The translations under genes were made by a program, and so were the position numbers. From a virus (taxonomy: Duplodnaviria > Heunggongvirae > Uroviricota > Caudoviricetes), in the IMG/VR virus record IMGVR_UViG_2585427745_000020: a stretch of DNA of 51,184 bases; one strand, given 5' to 3'. Below the pieces are notes generated by a model, which saw only the letters and a program-made list of their open reading frames with translations, ran no database searches and was not told the DNA's origin. Every line of letters begins with the position of its first letter. Position 1 is the stretch's first letter. Of this stretch, positions 20,667-29,897 are shown in pieces.

Positions 20667-22082
20667 TCAACCTACACCACAAGGAATTGAGTAACTGGAA
20701 TAGTCGGGTTGCGCAGCCGACTCCGGGCAATGCATACACATCATCAGCGCATCAGCCAGGTTAGGAGATGGAATACCGAGCTTCTGCTTCATTTCGACCT
20801 TAGTCATAAGCTCCAGCTTCCCGTTGTTATTGAATTTGCGCTGAATCTGCGTCAGTTCTGCAAACAGCTTCTCCAGCATCTTCTCGCCTATCGCTTCTTT
20901 GTCGAAGCTCAGCATGTCGTCGGGGTCTGCATACTCACCGTGGACAACCGCCCGATATGTCAGATACAACCTGTCAGCCAGCGCGTAATAGAATTGCGCT
21001 CGCTTATTGCGGAACACATCGCCAATAGTGCGAACGTTGTCGCCCTGCACGACTTCATCAGCCCATGCTCCAGCCTGATATGGTGCATCTTCATCAAATG
21101 GCGATTCGCTGCCCTTGAACATCGTGGCGGTGATTTTCTTACCGGAGAACGCTTCCGTTGTCTGTCTGCGTAGCCCTGCACCGACACCATCACCATCCCA
21201 CAAGTAGTGGTCAGCACCGTCTTCAATCGCCAGCGAAGTAGCCCAGTCAGCCCCCTCGTTGATGTCCATCAGCAGACCTTCGGCAATGCGCTTAACTACC
21301 GAACCGTGACGCGATGCATAACCTTTAGCATCCGGCCCTGTATCTGACGGGTCATGTGCAGAAACAACAGCGCCTTTCGCTTTCCATCCTAGTTTCTTGT
21401 GCACATCGGTTGCGGCTTCAAGCCATTCACGTTTGATGATTGCCATATCACTTGCGCTTACCGGCTCACCAAGCCAGATGTGACGATACAGTGTCGGATT
21501 TCTGCGTTTGCACTCTTCCATCTCCAGACGGAGAACTTCAGGAAAGTGCGGGTTGTCGGTGTAGTTCACCGTCAGCAGACAAATATCATCAGGAGGATTT
21601 ACGACGAATCGCTGATAGGTATCGTCGAGGATGTTCTTCGGGTTAAAGCTCACCCATATTTCAGAGAACGGCTTACGGATGGTTGGTATCAGGATATCCC
21701 ATGATTCCTTCGTTACCGCCTCCGCTTCTTCCACCCAGCAGATATCAATACCTTCGAGCGATTTAATCTTCGTCGGGTTGTTTTTGATGCCGTAGAACAT
21801 GAATTCAGCATTCGTTCCGAGATGACGAATCATTGAACGCTGAATTTCAAACTCAGCCGAATACCCTTCACGCTCGATGGTATCTTCAAGCAACCGGATT
21901 ACCGAATCGCTGATACTGTTTTGCAGTTCACGAGCGCAGAGAATACGCACAGGCTGCCGACGCGCCGCTTCAACAAGCAGCCTCGCAATTGCCCATGACT
22001 TACCGCTACCTCGACCGCCTTTGGCAACTTTGTAGCGATGCGCCTCAATGAACGGTTCAAAGATAGGATTAATCGAGGTCAT
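20667..22082 (-). CDS. Terminase large subunit (Sf6 gp2-like)
   Basis: 471 aa; Walker A KGGRGSGKSWA; N-terminus MTSINPIFEPFIEAHRYKVAKGG matches Sf6 TerL. Confidence 0.9.
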   Translation of the reverse strand: MTSINPIFEPFIEAHRYKVAKGGRGSGKSWAIARLLVEAARRQPVRILCARELQNSISDSVIRLLEDTIEREGYSAEFEIQRSMIRHLGTNAEFMFYGIKNNPTKIKSLEGIDICWVEEAEAVTKESWDILIPTIRKPFSEIWVSFNPKNILDDTYQRFVVNPPDDICLLTVNYTDNPHFPEVLRLEMEECKRRNPTLYRHIWLGEPVSASDMAIIKREWLEAATDVHKKLGWKAKGAVVSAHDPSDTGPDAKGYASRHGSVVKRIAEGLLMDINEGADWATSLAIEDGADHYLWDGDGVGAGLRRQTTEAFSGKKITATMFKGSESPFDEDAPYQAGAWADEVVQGDNVRTIGDVFRNKRAQFYYALADRLYLTYRAVVHGEYADPDDMLSFDKEAIGEKMLEKLFAELTQIQRKFNNNGKLELMTKVEMKQKLGIPSPNLADALMMCMHCPESAAQPDYSSYSIPCGVG

Positions 22083-22519
22083 TTTCCGAATAGAGTGCTC
22101 ATCGGTGATGTTTCAATCTGAATTGCGCCGCCGTCTTTGCCTGTTAGCTCGTGATCAACCTTGTCGCGCCATTTATCCTTCTGTCGGTTCTTAAGCCAGA
22201 AGATGGCGGCGGTTGTATCAGGCGGGTAATACTTCTCAAGCGGAGTTTCGACAATTCTGTTTTCAATAACACGAATATCGATGTCTGGAGCCACGAAGCC
22301 CATAGCGCGTTGATAAAGACGATCACTAACTTCTGCATCAGCGACGGCCTTACCCTTTTTTATGGACTCTAAAAACTCCGGATATTCCAATTTCCAATTG
22401 TTGATTGTTGCCTCGCTAACTTCAAAGAAGTCCGCGAGTTCGGCGTCTGTATAGCCCAGCAAGCACAGTTTGCGTGCCTGTTCGGCATACGCCTCTTGAT
22501 ACTTCGTTGGGCGCGCCAT
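22079..22519 (-). CDS. Terminase small subunit (Sf6 gp1-like)
   Basis: 146 aa; C-terminus ...ELTGKDGGAIQIETSPMSTLFGK matches the Sf6 small terminase. Confidence 0.85.
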   Translation of the reverse strand: MARPTKYQEAYAEQARKLCLLGYTDAELADFFEVSEATINNWKLEYPEFLESIKKGKAVADAEVSDRLYQRAMGFVAPDIDIRVIENRIVETPLEKYYPPDTTAAIFWLKNRQKDKWRDKVDHELTGKDGGAIQIETSPMSTLFGK

Positions 22520-22521
22520 GT

Positions 22522-22764
22522 TTATGCTCCGGTAGTGAACAGGTCTAACGCTTCCTTCGATTTACGCACCGCTTCGATTGTGCGGGTCGTGATATCTGAA
22601 TTAGCGCCGCCTGACTGGAAGTGAATTTTGAATAGCTCAAGCTTCAGCTCGTCAGTGCCAATGAACTGAAATGCTTCCTCTGCGGCTGCGTTCTGGTTCA
22701 TGACCAGTTTGTAAATCTCTAACTGGAATTTCTGTTCTTCAGTCATGGGAATAATCTCTGCCAT
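22522..22764 (-). CDS. Hypothetical protein upstream of the terminase genes
   Basis: 80 aa; start sits 2 nt from the terS stop; same strand as the late operon. Confidence 0.5.
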   Translation of the reverse strand: MAEIIPMTEEQKFQLEIYKLVMNQNAAAEEAFQFIGTDELKLELFKIHFQSGGANSDITTRTIEAVRKSKEALDLFTTGA

Positions 22765-23091
22765 TGTTGGCTCCGTTTATCCGTTAAAAGGGATATCAGT
22801 TAAGTTATCCCGTGTAGGGTATAAGCCATTGTCGAGACCACTCATTGAATGGTCTCTGCAATAACCGATGTCTTTCCATCAGTCCGCCACCACAAAGAAT
22901 CTTTTTTGCCATAAGGCAGGAGGTTCATCTTTCAGTGGCTGCCAGTGTTATTTCCCCACTTACTGGCTTGGGTTGTTTCGCTGTACTGCCGTAACTGGTT
23001 TCCCAGAATAAATTCCGGTTTCATTATCAAGCCCACCCGTAGATGGGCTTTGTAATGACTACAGTAACGGACTGCACAATGCGCCTGTATT

Positions 23092-23334
23092 TCAAGGATG
23101 ACGTCCAAATACGTTAATCTTCTCGCGAACGCTCTCACTACACATTCGCTCTACAATTCGCCAAACAGCCTTTTCAGGTAAAAATTTTGGCGCTAGTGCT
23201 GAAATAGCACGCCACAGACCTCGACTAAGCGAGCACGCTGTGCTACCGAAACTAAAGATGGCGAACGAAATAGACGTGATAAACGCCCAGCAACCAGAGA
23301 GAAAAGTTGAGATGCGGTGATAAAGCTTAGTCAT
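23092..23334 (-). CDS. Hypothetical small membrane protein
   Basis: 80 aa with hydrophobic N-terminal half; between lysis and packaging genes; weak. Confidence 0.3.
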   Translation of the reverse strand: MTKLYHRISTFLSGCWAFITSISFAIFSFGSTACSLSRGLWRAISALAPKFLPEKAVWRIVERMCSESVREKINVFGRHP

Positions 23335-23423
23335 GTATTGCTCCTGTTTTTTTTGGTTTTCATCGCCCGATCATTTCAGGCATTGCGTCCTGATGTATTC
23401 CTGCAGGTAGTTAACCTGCGCGG

Positions 23424-23807
23424 TTATCCTGTCGATTCCACTTCGGAGACGGTAATAATTGAGTTCAGCATCTGCTGTAAGTCTTGGGCTTTCTCCATCG
23501 CCCATGTGCTGGCTCCGGTCGTTGACTTTGCACAGGTGGCGGCGACTTGCAGGCGCTTACGACCAGCAGAAACATCAGCACGGAGACTTTCGATAGTCGC
23601 GTTAGCATCAGCAAGCTCCTTTGTGTATCTGGCGTCAAGTTCTGCTACATCACGTTGACGCTTCTGCATATCAGCGATGATGGATATGGCTTTATCGCGC
23701 TGCTCTTTGTAGGTCATGGCGTTATCACGGTAATGATTAACAGCCCATGACAGGCAGACGATGATGCAGATAACCAGAGCGGAGATAATCGCGGTGACTC
23801 TGCTCAT
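23424..23807 (-). CDS. Rz: Rz i-spanin
   Basis: 127 aa; first about 30 residues identical to lambda Rz ([30 protein letters not shown]), then diverges. Confidence 0.85.
   Translation of the reverse strand: MSRVTAIISALVICIIVCLSWAVNHYRDNAMTYKEQRDKAISIIADMQKRQRDVAELDARYTKELADANATIESLRADVSAGRKRLQVAATCAKSTTGASTWAMEKAQDLQQMLNSIITVSEVESTG
23465..23608 (-). CDS. Rz1: Rz1-like o-spanin lipoprotein embedded in Rz (+1 frame)
   Basis: 47 aa [27 protein letters not shown]...; lipobox VSAC and Pro-rich mature part; nested in Rz. Confidence 0.5.
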   Translation of the reverse strand: MLTRLSKVSVLMFLLVVSACKSPPPVQSQRPEPAHGRWRKPKTYSRC

Positions 23808-24280
23808 ACCTCAATCTCTCTGACCGTTCCGCCTGCTTCTTTGAATTTTGCAATCAGGCTGTCAGCCTTATGCTCGAACTGACCATAACCAGCCCCCGGA
23901 AGTGAAGCCCAGATATTGCTGCAACGGTCGATAGCCTGACGGATATCACCGCGATCAATCATCGGTAAAGCGCCACGCTCTTTAATCTGTTGCAGTGCCA
24001 CAGCGTCCTGGCTTTTCGGAGAGAAGTCTTTCAGGCCAAGCTGCTTACGATAGGCATCCCACCAACGGGAAAGAAGCTGGTAACGGCCTGCAGCTGTTGA
24101 TTTGAGTTTGGGGTTTAGCGTGACAAGTTTGCGAGGGTGATCTGAGTAATCAGTGAATAGCTCTCCGCCTACAATGACGTCATAACCATGATTTCTGGTT
24201 TTCTGCCGTCCGTTATCAGTTCCCTCTGACCACGCCAGCATATCGAGGAACGCCTTACGTTGATTATTGATTTCCACCAT
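23804..24280 (-). CDS. R: Endolysin (lambda R-type transglycosylase)
   Basis: 158 aa; [49 protein letters not shown]... matches lambda R. Confidence 0.9.
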   Translation of the reverse strand: MVEINNQRKAFLDMLAWSEGTDNGRQKTRNHGYDVIVGGELFTDYSDHPRKLVTLNPKLKSTAAGRYQLLSRWWDAYRKQLGLKDFSPKSQDAVALQQIKERGALPMIDRGDIRQAIDRCSNIWASLPGAGYGQFEHKADSLIAKFKEAGGTVREIEV

Positions 24281-24587
24281 CTTCTACTCCGGCTTTTTTA
24301 GCAGCGAAGCGTTTGATAAGCGAACCAATCGAGTCAGTACCGATGTAGCCGATGAACACGCTCGTTATATAAGCGAGATTGCTACTTAGTCCGGCGAAGT
24401 CGAGAAGGTCACGAATGAACCAGGCGATAATGGCGCACATCGTTGCGTCGATTACTGTTTTTGTAAACGCACCGCCATTATATCTGCCGCGAAGGTACGC
24501 CATTGCAAACGCAAGGATTGCCCCGATGCCTTGTTCCTTTGCCGCGAGAATGGCGGCTAACAGGTCATGTTTTTCTGGCATCTTCAT
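24264..24587 (-). CDS. S: Holin (lambda S, dual start)
   Basis: 107 aa; [41 protein letters not shown]... matches lambda S107/S105. Confidence 0.9.
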   Translation of the reverse strand: MKMPEKHDLLAAILAAKEQGIGAILAFAMAYLRGRYNGGAFTKTVIDATMCAIIAWFIRDLLDFAGLSSNLAYITSVFIGYIGTDSIGSLIKRFAAKKAGVEDGGNQ

Positions 24588-25035
24588 GTCTTACCCCCAA
24601 TAAGGGGATTTGCTCTATTTAATTAGGAATAAGGTCGATTACTGATAGAACAAATCCAGGCTACTGTGTTTAGTAATCAGATTTGTTCGTGACCGATATG
24701 CACGGGCAAAACGGCAGGATGTTGTTAGCGCAACCTCTTGCCACCCGCTTTCACGAAGGTCATGTGTAGAAGGCCGCAGCGTAACTATCACTGATGAATT
24801 CAGGATAGCCAGTGGCTACGGCTCAGTTTGGGTTGTGGCGGCCGGAATCGAACCGGCTTCCATCGGTGCGCTGCCGATTGCAGTACGCGCGGCGGTCAGC
24901 TACATGACTAGTATTTTCACTGTCGCCTATCTGCTAGCTCGCCATTGAGCTTCACCACAACGATAAGAGCACTGCGCGGCACCTTTCACCAATTCCGCGA
25001 GGTCTGCGGGTTCAATGCTCTTACCTGTTGCACAG

Positions 25036-25098
25036 ATATAAAAAATCCCGAAACCGTTATGCAGGCTCTAACTATTACCTGCGAACTGTTTCGGGATT
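25036..25098 (-). terminator. tR'-like terminator of the late leader
   Basis: Arms AATCCCGAAAC (25044-25054) and GTTTCGGGATT (25088-25098) form a long stem-loop followed on the minus strand by UUUUUUAU; matches the lambda late leader. Confidence 0.6.
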
Positions 25099-25231
25099 GC
25101 ATTTTGCAGACCTCTCAGCCTGCGATGGTTGGAGTTCCAGACGATACGTCGAAGTGACCAACTAGGCGGAATCGGTAGTAAGCGCCGCCTCTTTTTATCT
25201 CACTACCACAACGAGCGAATTAACCCATCAT
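25099..25231 (-). ncRNA. 6S-like short late leader transcript from pR' to tR' (qut region)
   Basis: Region between the pR' start and the tR' hairpin (terminator annotated separately at 25036-25098); sequence follows the lambda late leader. Confidence 0.4.
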
Positions 25232-25267
25232 TGGGTCAAATTTACCCAACTTTATTCAAAAAGTCAA
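25231..25267 (-). promoter_or_regulatory. Late promoter pR' (Q-dependent antitermination target)
   Basis: Minus-strand -35 TTGACT (25262-25267), 17-nt spacer, -10 TAAATT (25239-25244), directly downstream of Q. Confidence 0.75.
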
Positions 25268-25309
25268 TATCATGCCGTTAATATGTTGCCATCCGTGGCA
25301 ATCATGCTG

Positions 25310-25933
25310 CTAACGTGTGACCGCATTCAAAATGTTGTCTGCGATTGACTCTTCTTTGTGGCATTGCACCACCAGAGCGTCATACAGCGGCTTAACAGTG
25401 CGTGACCAGGTGGGTTGGGTAAGGTTTGGGATTAGCATCGTTACAGCGCGATATGCGGCGCTTGCTGGCATCCTGGAATAGCCGACGCCTTTGCATCTTC
25501 CGCACTCTTTCTCGACAACTCTCCCCCACTGCTCTGTTTTGGCAATATCAACGGCCCGGCCAGTACCGTGGCAATCTCTGCATCTTGCGCCCGGTGTCGC
25601 GGCACTACGGCAATAATCCGCATAAGCGAATGTTGCGAGCACTTGCAGCACCTTTGCCTTAGTATTTCCTTCGAGCTTTGCCACACCACGGTATTTCCCC
25701 GATACCTTGTGTGCAAATTGCATCAGATAGTTGATAGCCTTTTGTTTGTCGTTCTGGCTGAGTTCATGCTTACCACAGAATGCAGCCATTCCGAATCCGG
25801 CTTGTGATTGCGCCATCCCCATAGCAGCCATCACATCAGTACCGGAAAGAGAGTCAGAAGCCGTAGCCCGTGGTGAGTCGCTCATCATCGGGCTTTTTGG
25901 CGAATGAAATTTAGCTACGCTTTCGAGTCTCAT
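25310..25933 (-). CDS. Q: Late antiterminator Q
   Basis: 207 aa; [60 protein letters not shown]... essentially lambda Q. Confidence 0.95.
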   Translation of the reverse strand: MRLESVAKFHSPKSPMMSDSPRATASDSLSGTDVMAAMGMAQSQAGFGMAAFCGKHELSQNDKQKAINYLMQFAHKVSGKYRGVAKLEGNTKAKVLQVLATFAYADYCRSAATPGARCRDCHGTGRAVDIAKTEQWGRVVEKECGRCKGVGYSRMPASAAYRAVTMLIPNLTQPTWSRTVKPLYDALVVQCHKEESIADNILNAVTR

Positions 25934-26595
25934 GCGCCTTCTCCCTGTACCTGAATCAATGTGAGGTTTCCGCAGAACACTGCTCCGGTATCGATATACA
26001 CTTGGTTGGCAAATTTAAGTGGTTTCACTGCTGGCGTATGACCAAAGATGAACGTGTCCGCGCCTTTGATTTCTTTCACGATCCCGTCTTGTGAGTTGCT
26101 GATTCGTTCGCGGTTCCAGATTACCTGCTGATGATCAACTGGCTTTCCAAACTCGTATTCGTCACAAGGATAATCGGCGTGGCAGATGACATATTTTTTA
26201 TCTTTGCTCACCAGTTCGATGATTAACGGAAGTTCATCTGCTTTATGGGCAAGAGCTTTAGCCAGAATTTCTTTGTCGTAATCGAGATTAAAGAACCAGC
26301 CACCGCCATTAAGCATCCAGTGATTGACGTTTCCGCGCTCTGATAAGCCATCAATCATCATTTGCTCATGGTTTCCACGTACAGCTCGGAACCAGGGGAA
26401 TGTGATTAATTCCAGGCATTCGACGTTCTCTGTACCGCGATCGACCAAATCGCCAACCGAGATAAGCAGGTCTTTTTTGGTGTCGAATCCTATCGTCTCC
26501 AGTTTTTTCATCAGGTTCGTGTAGCATCCGTGCAGATCGCCAACTACCCAAATATTTCGGTATTTGCTGCCATCAATTTTTTCGTAATAGCGCAT
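25930..26595 (-). CDS. ninI: Ser/Thr protein phosphatase (lambda NinI / ORF221)
   Basis: 221 aa from [25 protein letters not shown]...; metallophosphatase motifs GDLHG and GNHE. Confidence 0.9.
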   Translation of the reverse strand: MRYYEKIDGSKYRNIWVVGDLHGCYTNLMKKLETIGFDTKKDLLISVGDLVDRGTENVECLELITFPWFRAVRGNHEQMMIDGLSERGNVNHWMLNGGGWFFNLDYDKEILAKALAHKADELPLIIELVSKDKKYVICHADYPCDEYEFGKPVDHQQVIWNRERISNSQDGIVKEIKGADTFIFGHTPAVKPLKFANQVYIDTGAVFCGNLTLIQVQGEGA

Positions 26596-26779
26596 CTCTT
26601 TCACTCCATCCGCGATGAACCATGAGAACGTCGTTGACGATGGCGTGCATTTTCCCGTCTTTATCATCAACGTATTTTCTAACCGTACCGCGACTACATT
26701 TCAGTCTGCGTGCCACTTCTGTCTGGTTTCCGTATACTTCAACGAGCATGTCTGGAATGGTTTTTACTGAGAACGTCAT
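26573..26779 (-). CDS. ninH: NinH
   Basis: 68 aa [68 protein letters not shown] matches lambda NinH. Confidence 0.8.
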   Translation of the reverse strand: MTFSVKTIPDMLVEVYGNQTEVARRLKCSRGTVRKYVDDKDGKMHAIVNDVLMVHRGWSERDALLRKN

Positions 26780-27171
26780 GCGGCCTCCAGTAGCTCTGTA
26801 ATCATTGGCAAACTCCCGCATGTTTCAGTCACAACCAACACAAGCATTCCACCTTTAATCGCCTGATAGCGCTTGATGCGCATATCGTCTATCTGACCGT
26901 CATCCAGCCAGAAGCCCGCACTGGTGAGTGCGTCAAAAACGGCTTTGGGCAGATTGTCCAAATCTCGTTTGCGGTTATCGGGAGGTGCTGCGTGGATGGT
27001 TATTCTGATGCGAGGTGTGATTTTGATGTCCAGCTGTTGTTGCTGGATTAATTCGATTACTTCTTTTCGGTATCTCTTCCCCCAGTCGCTGATGTAGTGG
27101 ATCCCTCTTGAGTGTCGCCAATATCGGTTGTTTGAAGGAGGCCACGGCAATTTTATTCGGTAGGTTTTCAT
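26776..27171 (-). CDS. rusA: RusA-family Holliday-junction resolvase
   Basis: 131 aa; LPWPPSNNRYWRH...RDLDNLPKAVFDALTSAGFWLDDGQ resembles RusA. Confidence 0.8.
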   Translation of the reverse strand: MKTYRIKLPWPPSNNRYWRHSRGIHYISDWGKRYRKEVIELIQQQQLDIKITPRIRITIHAAPPDNRKRDLDNLPKAVFDALTSAGFWLDDGQIDDMRIKRYQAIKGGMLVLVVTETCGSLPMITELLEAA

Positions 27172-27458
27172 GACTTAATCTTCCCCTCCCTCAGCAGTAT
27201 CGCCTGCGTTCTGATCACGCCTTCGAGGTGGTAAAGTCTGGCGTCTTTGTTGTCGAGATTATGGGTGCGGCGGTCGATTTCATCGTGACACGCACTACAA
27301 GCCCATGCACCGATCAGGTCGTCAGGCTTCATTCCCGTTCCGCAAATTCCAGCCATCCGGTAATGTGCCAGAACTGTAGTTTCAGGGTTGCCATTGCATA
27401 CGCCGTAAATACGTACCTGACATTCTCTTCCGCGCGCTTCTTTGCGTAGGTTAGCCAT
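27168..27458 (-). CDS. Cys/His-rich nin-region protein (YbcO/DUF1364-like)
   Basis: 96 aa with several Cys/His residues; position equivalent to ybcO next to rusA in DLP12-type prophages. Confidence 0.5.
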   Translation of the reverse strand: MANLRKEARGRECQVRIYGVCNGNPETTVLAHYRMAGICGTGMKPDDLIGAWACSACHDEIDRRTHNLDNKDARLYHLEGVIRTQAILLREGKIKS

Positions 27459-28180
27459 TAAGCAGCCTCCCCTGTTACTTTCAGCATTCCGTTATCGAGC
27501 AGCTTTCTGGTCAGCCACTGTTGGCCACGCCCGGTGATTTTTGTGGTGAACGATATCTGTATTCCGTGATTTGTGTTGACCGCTGTTTCTTTCACTGTGA
27601 AATAGCCGCGATCCATATATTCCTGCATTGGCACATTGCGCCGGGAACCTGAAGCAATAAGGATTTTGTGATCGCGCATCCACGCAAACAGTTTGTTTGG
27701 ACCAATTCCAACAACCTTTGCAAAGTTTCCAATCAAAATTCCGCTGGCCTCGCCAACGCGATCGGCAAACTCAACTTTAGGTGCGGCAATTGCGAGCTGG
27801 TTTTCCAGTTGCATTTTCTGCTCAGCAAGATCAGCAGCAAGGCGCAACGCTTCTGGTAGCGTTTTGGGGATATTAACCGCAGCTTCTTCAAGCTCTCGCC
27901 AACGGTCAACAAGACGAGCGGTGAATTCCGGCGACAACTGAGCGACGACAATAATGCTGTCTCGCTTACCTTGTTCGCCCTCAAAAACGTAAGCCTCTAC
28001 GCCACGAAGTAATCCTAAGTTATTGATTTTTTCGAAAACCACCATTGGGGGATTTCGGATCACACCTCGAGCCGCCAGTCGTTCAATAGATTGTTTCACC
28101 TTGTCATGACGACTTCCCACCAACTCAGCGATTTCAATGCTTGTCATTTTGATGGCATTGCCATTTATTAACTCATTCAT
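27458..28180 (-). CDS. Rha-family regulator / antirepressor with KilAC-like C-terminal domain
   Basis: 240 aa; N-terminal Rha-type motif (MTSIEIAELVGSRHDKV) and C-terminal antirepressor-like domain; inserted in the nin region. Confidence 0.65.
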   Translation of the reverse strand: MNELINGNAIKMTSIEIAELVGSRHDKVKQSIERLAARGVIRNPPMVVFEKINNLGLLRGVEAYVFEGEQGKRDSIIVVAQLSPEFTARLVDRWRELEEAAVNIPKTLPEALRLAADLAEQKMQLENQLAIAAPKVEFADRVGEASGILIGNFAKVVGIGPNKLFAWMRDHKILIASGSRRNVPMQEYMDRGYFTVKETAVNTNHGIQISFTTKITGRGQQWLTRKLLDNGMLKVTGEAA

Positions 28181-28349
28181 CGTCTTCTTCCTCGTACATT
28201 GAGCTATTCGGATCGCTCATCAGTTCTGCGCAGCAGTGCTCACACACGTGAACTTCCAGCACATGCAGCTTCTGGCCGCAGTTAGCGCACGTTAAAGCCC
28301 GCTCGACGCTTTCTTTCTGGTATTGAAGGGATTGGGATGGGCTAAGCAT
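28173..28349 (-). CDS. ninF: NinF
   Basis: 58 aa [50 protein letters not shown]... matches lambda NinF; start taken at the internal Met. Confidence 0.8.
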   Translation of the reverse strand: MLSPSQSLQYQKESVERALTCANCGQKLHVLEVHVCEHCCAELMSDPNSSMYEEEDDE

Positions 28350-28749
28350 GGCTTTCACCATTAAAAAGTCGCTTGTAAGCATCAATGTCTCGTTTTGCTT
28401 CACCAAGCTTTCGTCTTAATTCCATGTTTTCTGATTCAAGCTTTTCCATGTCTTGTTGGTATCGATCGCGGTGTTCTTTCCATGCTTTTTGATACGCCTT
28501 CATGTATGTCATGTTGGCCTTTCTCTTTGCCTGACGAACTGCGTGGTGGTTTTTCACAAACCAGTCAGGGTCGTTAAATGCTGCTCTGGCGCATGTATAC
28601 CAATAATTTGTTGCCTCCCTGTTTAGCCAATAAATACTGATAAATGGCAACCGGATAGACACCATTTTTCGTTGTGACTCTTTCTCGCCAAACATGTGGC
28701 CTTTTTTGATGCTAAGTCCAAATCCAGGTTGAATTAAAAGCATTGTCAT
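28342..28749 (-). CDS. Hypothetical nin-region protein
   Basis: 135-aa ORF (shorter start possible); charged coiled-coil C-terminus; between ninE and ninF. Confidence 0.45.
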   Translation of the reverse strand: MTMLLIQPGFGLSIKKGHMFGEKESQRKMVSIRLPFISIYWLNREATNYWYTCARAAFNDPDWFVKNHHAVRQAKRKANMTYMKAYQKAWKEHRDRYQQDMEKLESENMELRRKLGEAKRDIDAYKRLFNGESHA

Positions 28750-28922
28750 TTCCTCGCACGTTCTCTAAGCCACCGGATATCCCACAGGTGAGCCGTGTAG
28801 TTGAAGGTTTTTACGTCAGATTCTTTTGGGATTGGCTTGCGTTTATTTCTGGAGTGTTTCGTTGGAAGGTATTTGCAGTTTTCACAGATGATGTCGGTGA
28901 TACTTCGTCGCTGTCGTCTCAT
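28746..28922 (-). CDS. ninE: NinE
   Basis: 58 aa [58 protein letters not shown]; not in the ORF track (below 60 aa); matches lambda NinE. Confidence 0.75.
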   Translation of the reverse strand: MRRQRRSITDIICENCKYLPTKHSRNKRKPIPKESDVKTFNYTAHLWDIRWLRERARK

Positions 28923-29329
28923 TCGTACCTCCTGTCGGTAAATCTGACACCCTGACCAATAGCCCAGGCTGTCGTGTACTCAATCAGACTTGCCATGCGC
29001 TTCACGCTCATCTGCGCGCTGCTTTCGCGAATGTTGACGTATTCGCCTTCAAGCCCGGGCAAAACATCAGCTTCCTGCTTTGTAGCCACTGCATGACCGC
29101 TGATCAACAAAACCTTCCATTGTTCCGGTTTTAACCATTTATCGCGCCACTGAACTTGCCTAGCGATATCTGCGACCATCGCGTGAAATTTTGCGTTCTG
29201 GTCAAGGTTGCGCTTGTAGTCAGTAATGCGGATGGTGACTGGCTTGTCTTTATCGAGTGGTGTTGCGAGGATGGCATTTATTGCAGCTTGCTGTTGTTGC
29301 TTAGTTCGGAGGAAGATTGTTTGCTTCAT
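28919..29329 (-). CDS. ninB: NinB (recombination mediator, Orf-family)
   Basis: 136 aa from [21 protein letters not shown]...; NinB-like motifs ([18 protein letters not shown]). Confidence 0.8.
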   Translation of the reverse strand: MKQTIFLRTKQQQQAAINAILATPLDKDKPVTIRITDYKRNLDQNAKFHAMVADIARQVQWRDKWLKPEQWKVLLISGHAVATKQEADVLPGLEGEYVNIRESSAQMSVKRMASLIEYTTAWAIGQGVRFTDRRYE

Positions 29330-29331
29330 CG

Positions 29332-29598
29332 TTACTCCTTCACTTTGACTCCAGCAGCGCGAATCCGTCCTTCGCATTCACTAATTGCGTCGTTATAACC
29401 AAATATGACCCCATCCTCGAAATCGGTAGAAAATGCCTCACGCTCTCTTTTTCCAGGACACTCAATCTCGATAGCTGCTCGCGATGCCTGCCACGCTTGC
29501 CAATACATCTCAACCATATTGGCGTATATTTTATTTTTAGGATCACATCCGGTGTAATTTTCAAACCATTCTTCAAACTGCTTTCTTGATTCGTCCAT
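29332..29598 (-). CDS. Hypothetical protein between helicase and ninB
   Basis: 88 aa; coupled to ninB; no recognised motif. Confidence 0.5.
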   Translation of the reverse strand: MDESRKQFEEWFENYTGCDPKNKIYANMVEMYWQAWQASRAAIEIECPGKREREAFSTDFEDGVIFGYNDAISECEGRIRAAGVKVKE

Positions 29599-29615
29599 CG
29601 ATACTTACCCTCAGT

Positions 29616-29822
29616 TCAACTCACAAAACGCCACGCCATTTTTGCTACGACAACAGGCATAACACCGATAATCACCCAGACAAATGCAGCGCCAAACAAC
29701 GTATACCATGGGTCTTTACCGTCATTCACAAGACGAATGTAGCCATGCAGAACAATAAAAAACGTCAGAAGAATCCATCCAACGCCAACGAATTTGAGTG
29801 CGACGAGCATAAACTCAGCCAC
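29616..29822 (-). CDS. Small hydrophobic membrane protein
   Basis: 68 aa with two predicted transmembrane helices. Confidence 0.45.
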   Translation of the reverse strand: MAEFMLVALKFVGVGWILLTFFIVLHGYIRLVNDGKDPWYTLFGAAFVWVIIGVMPVVVAKMAWRFVS

Positions 29823-29897
29823 GATTTACTCTCCCCCAAATAAAAAGGCCTGCGATTACCAGCAGGCCTGTTATTAGCTCAGTGATGTAGATGGTCA

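Noticed and set aside
24820-24905. tRNA-like signal: minus-strand GCCGG-TTCGATT-CCGGC T-arm motif followed by an acceptor-like CGCCACA
   Set aside because: The only complementary acceptor partner lies about 125 nt away, no D-arm or anticodon arm could be folded, and the segment sits inside the lambda-type late leader. Not called as a tRNA.
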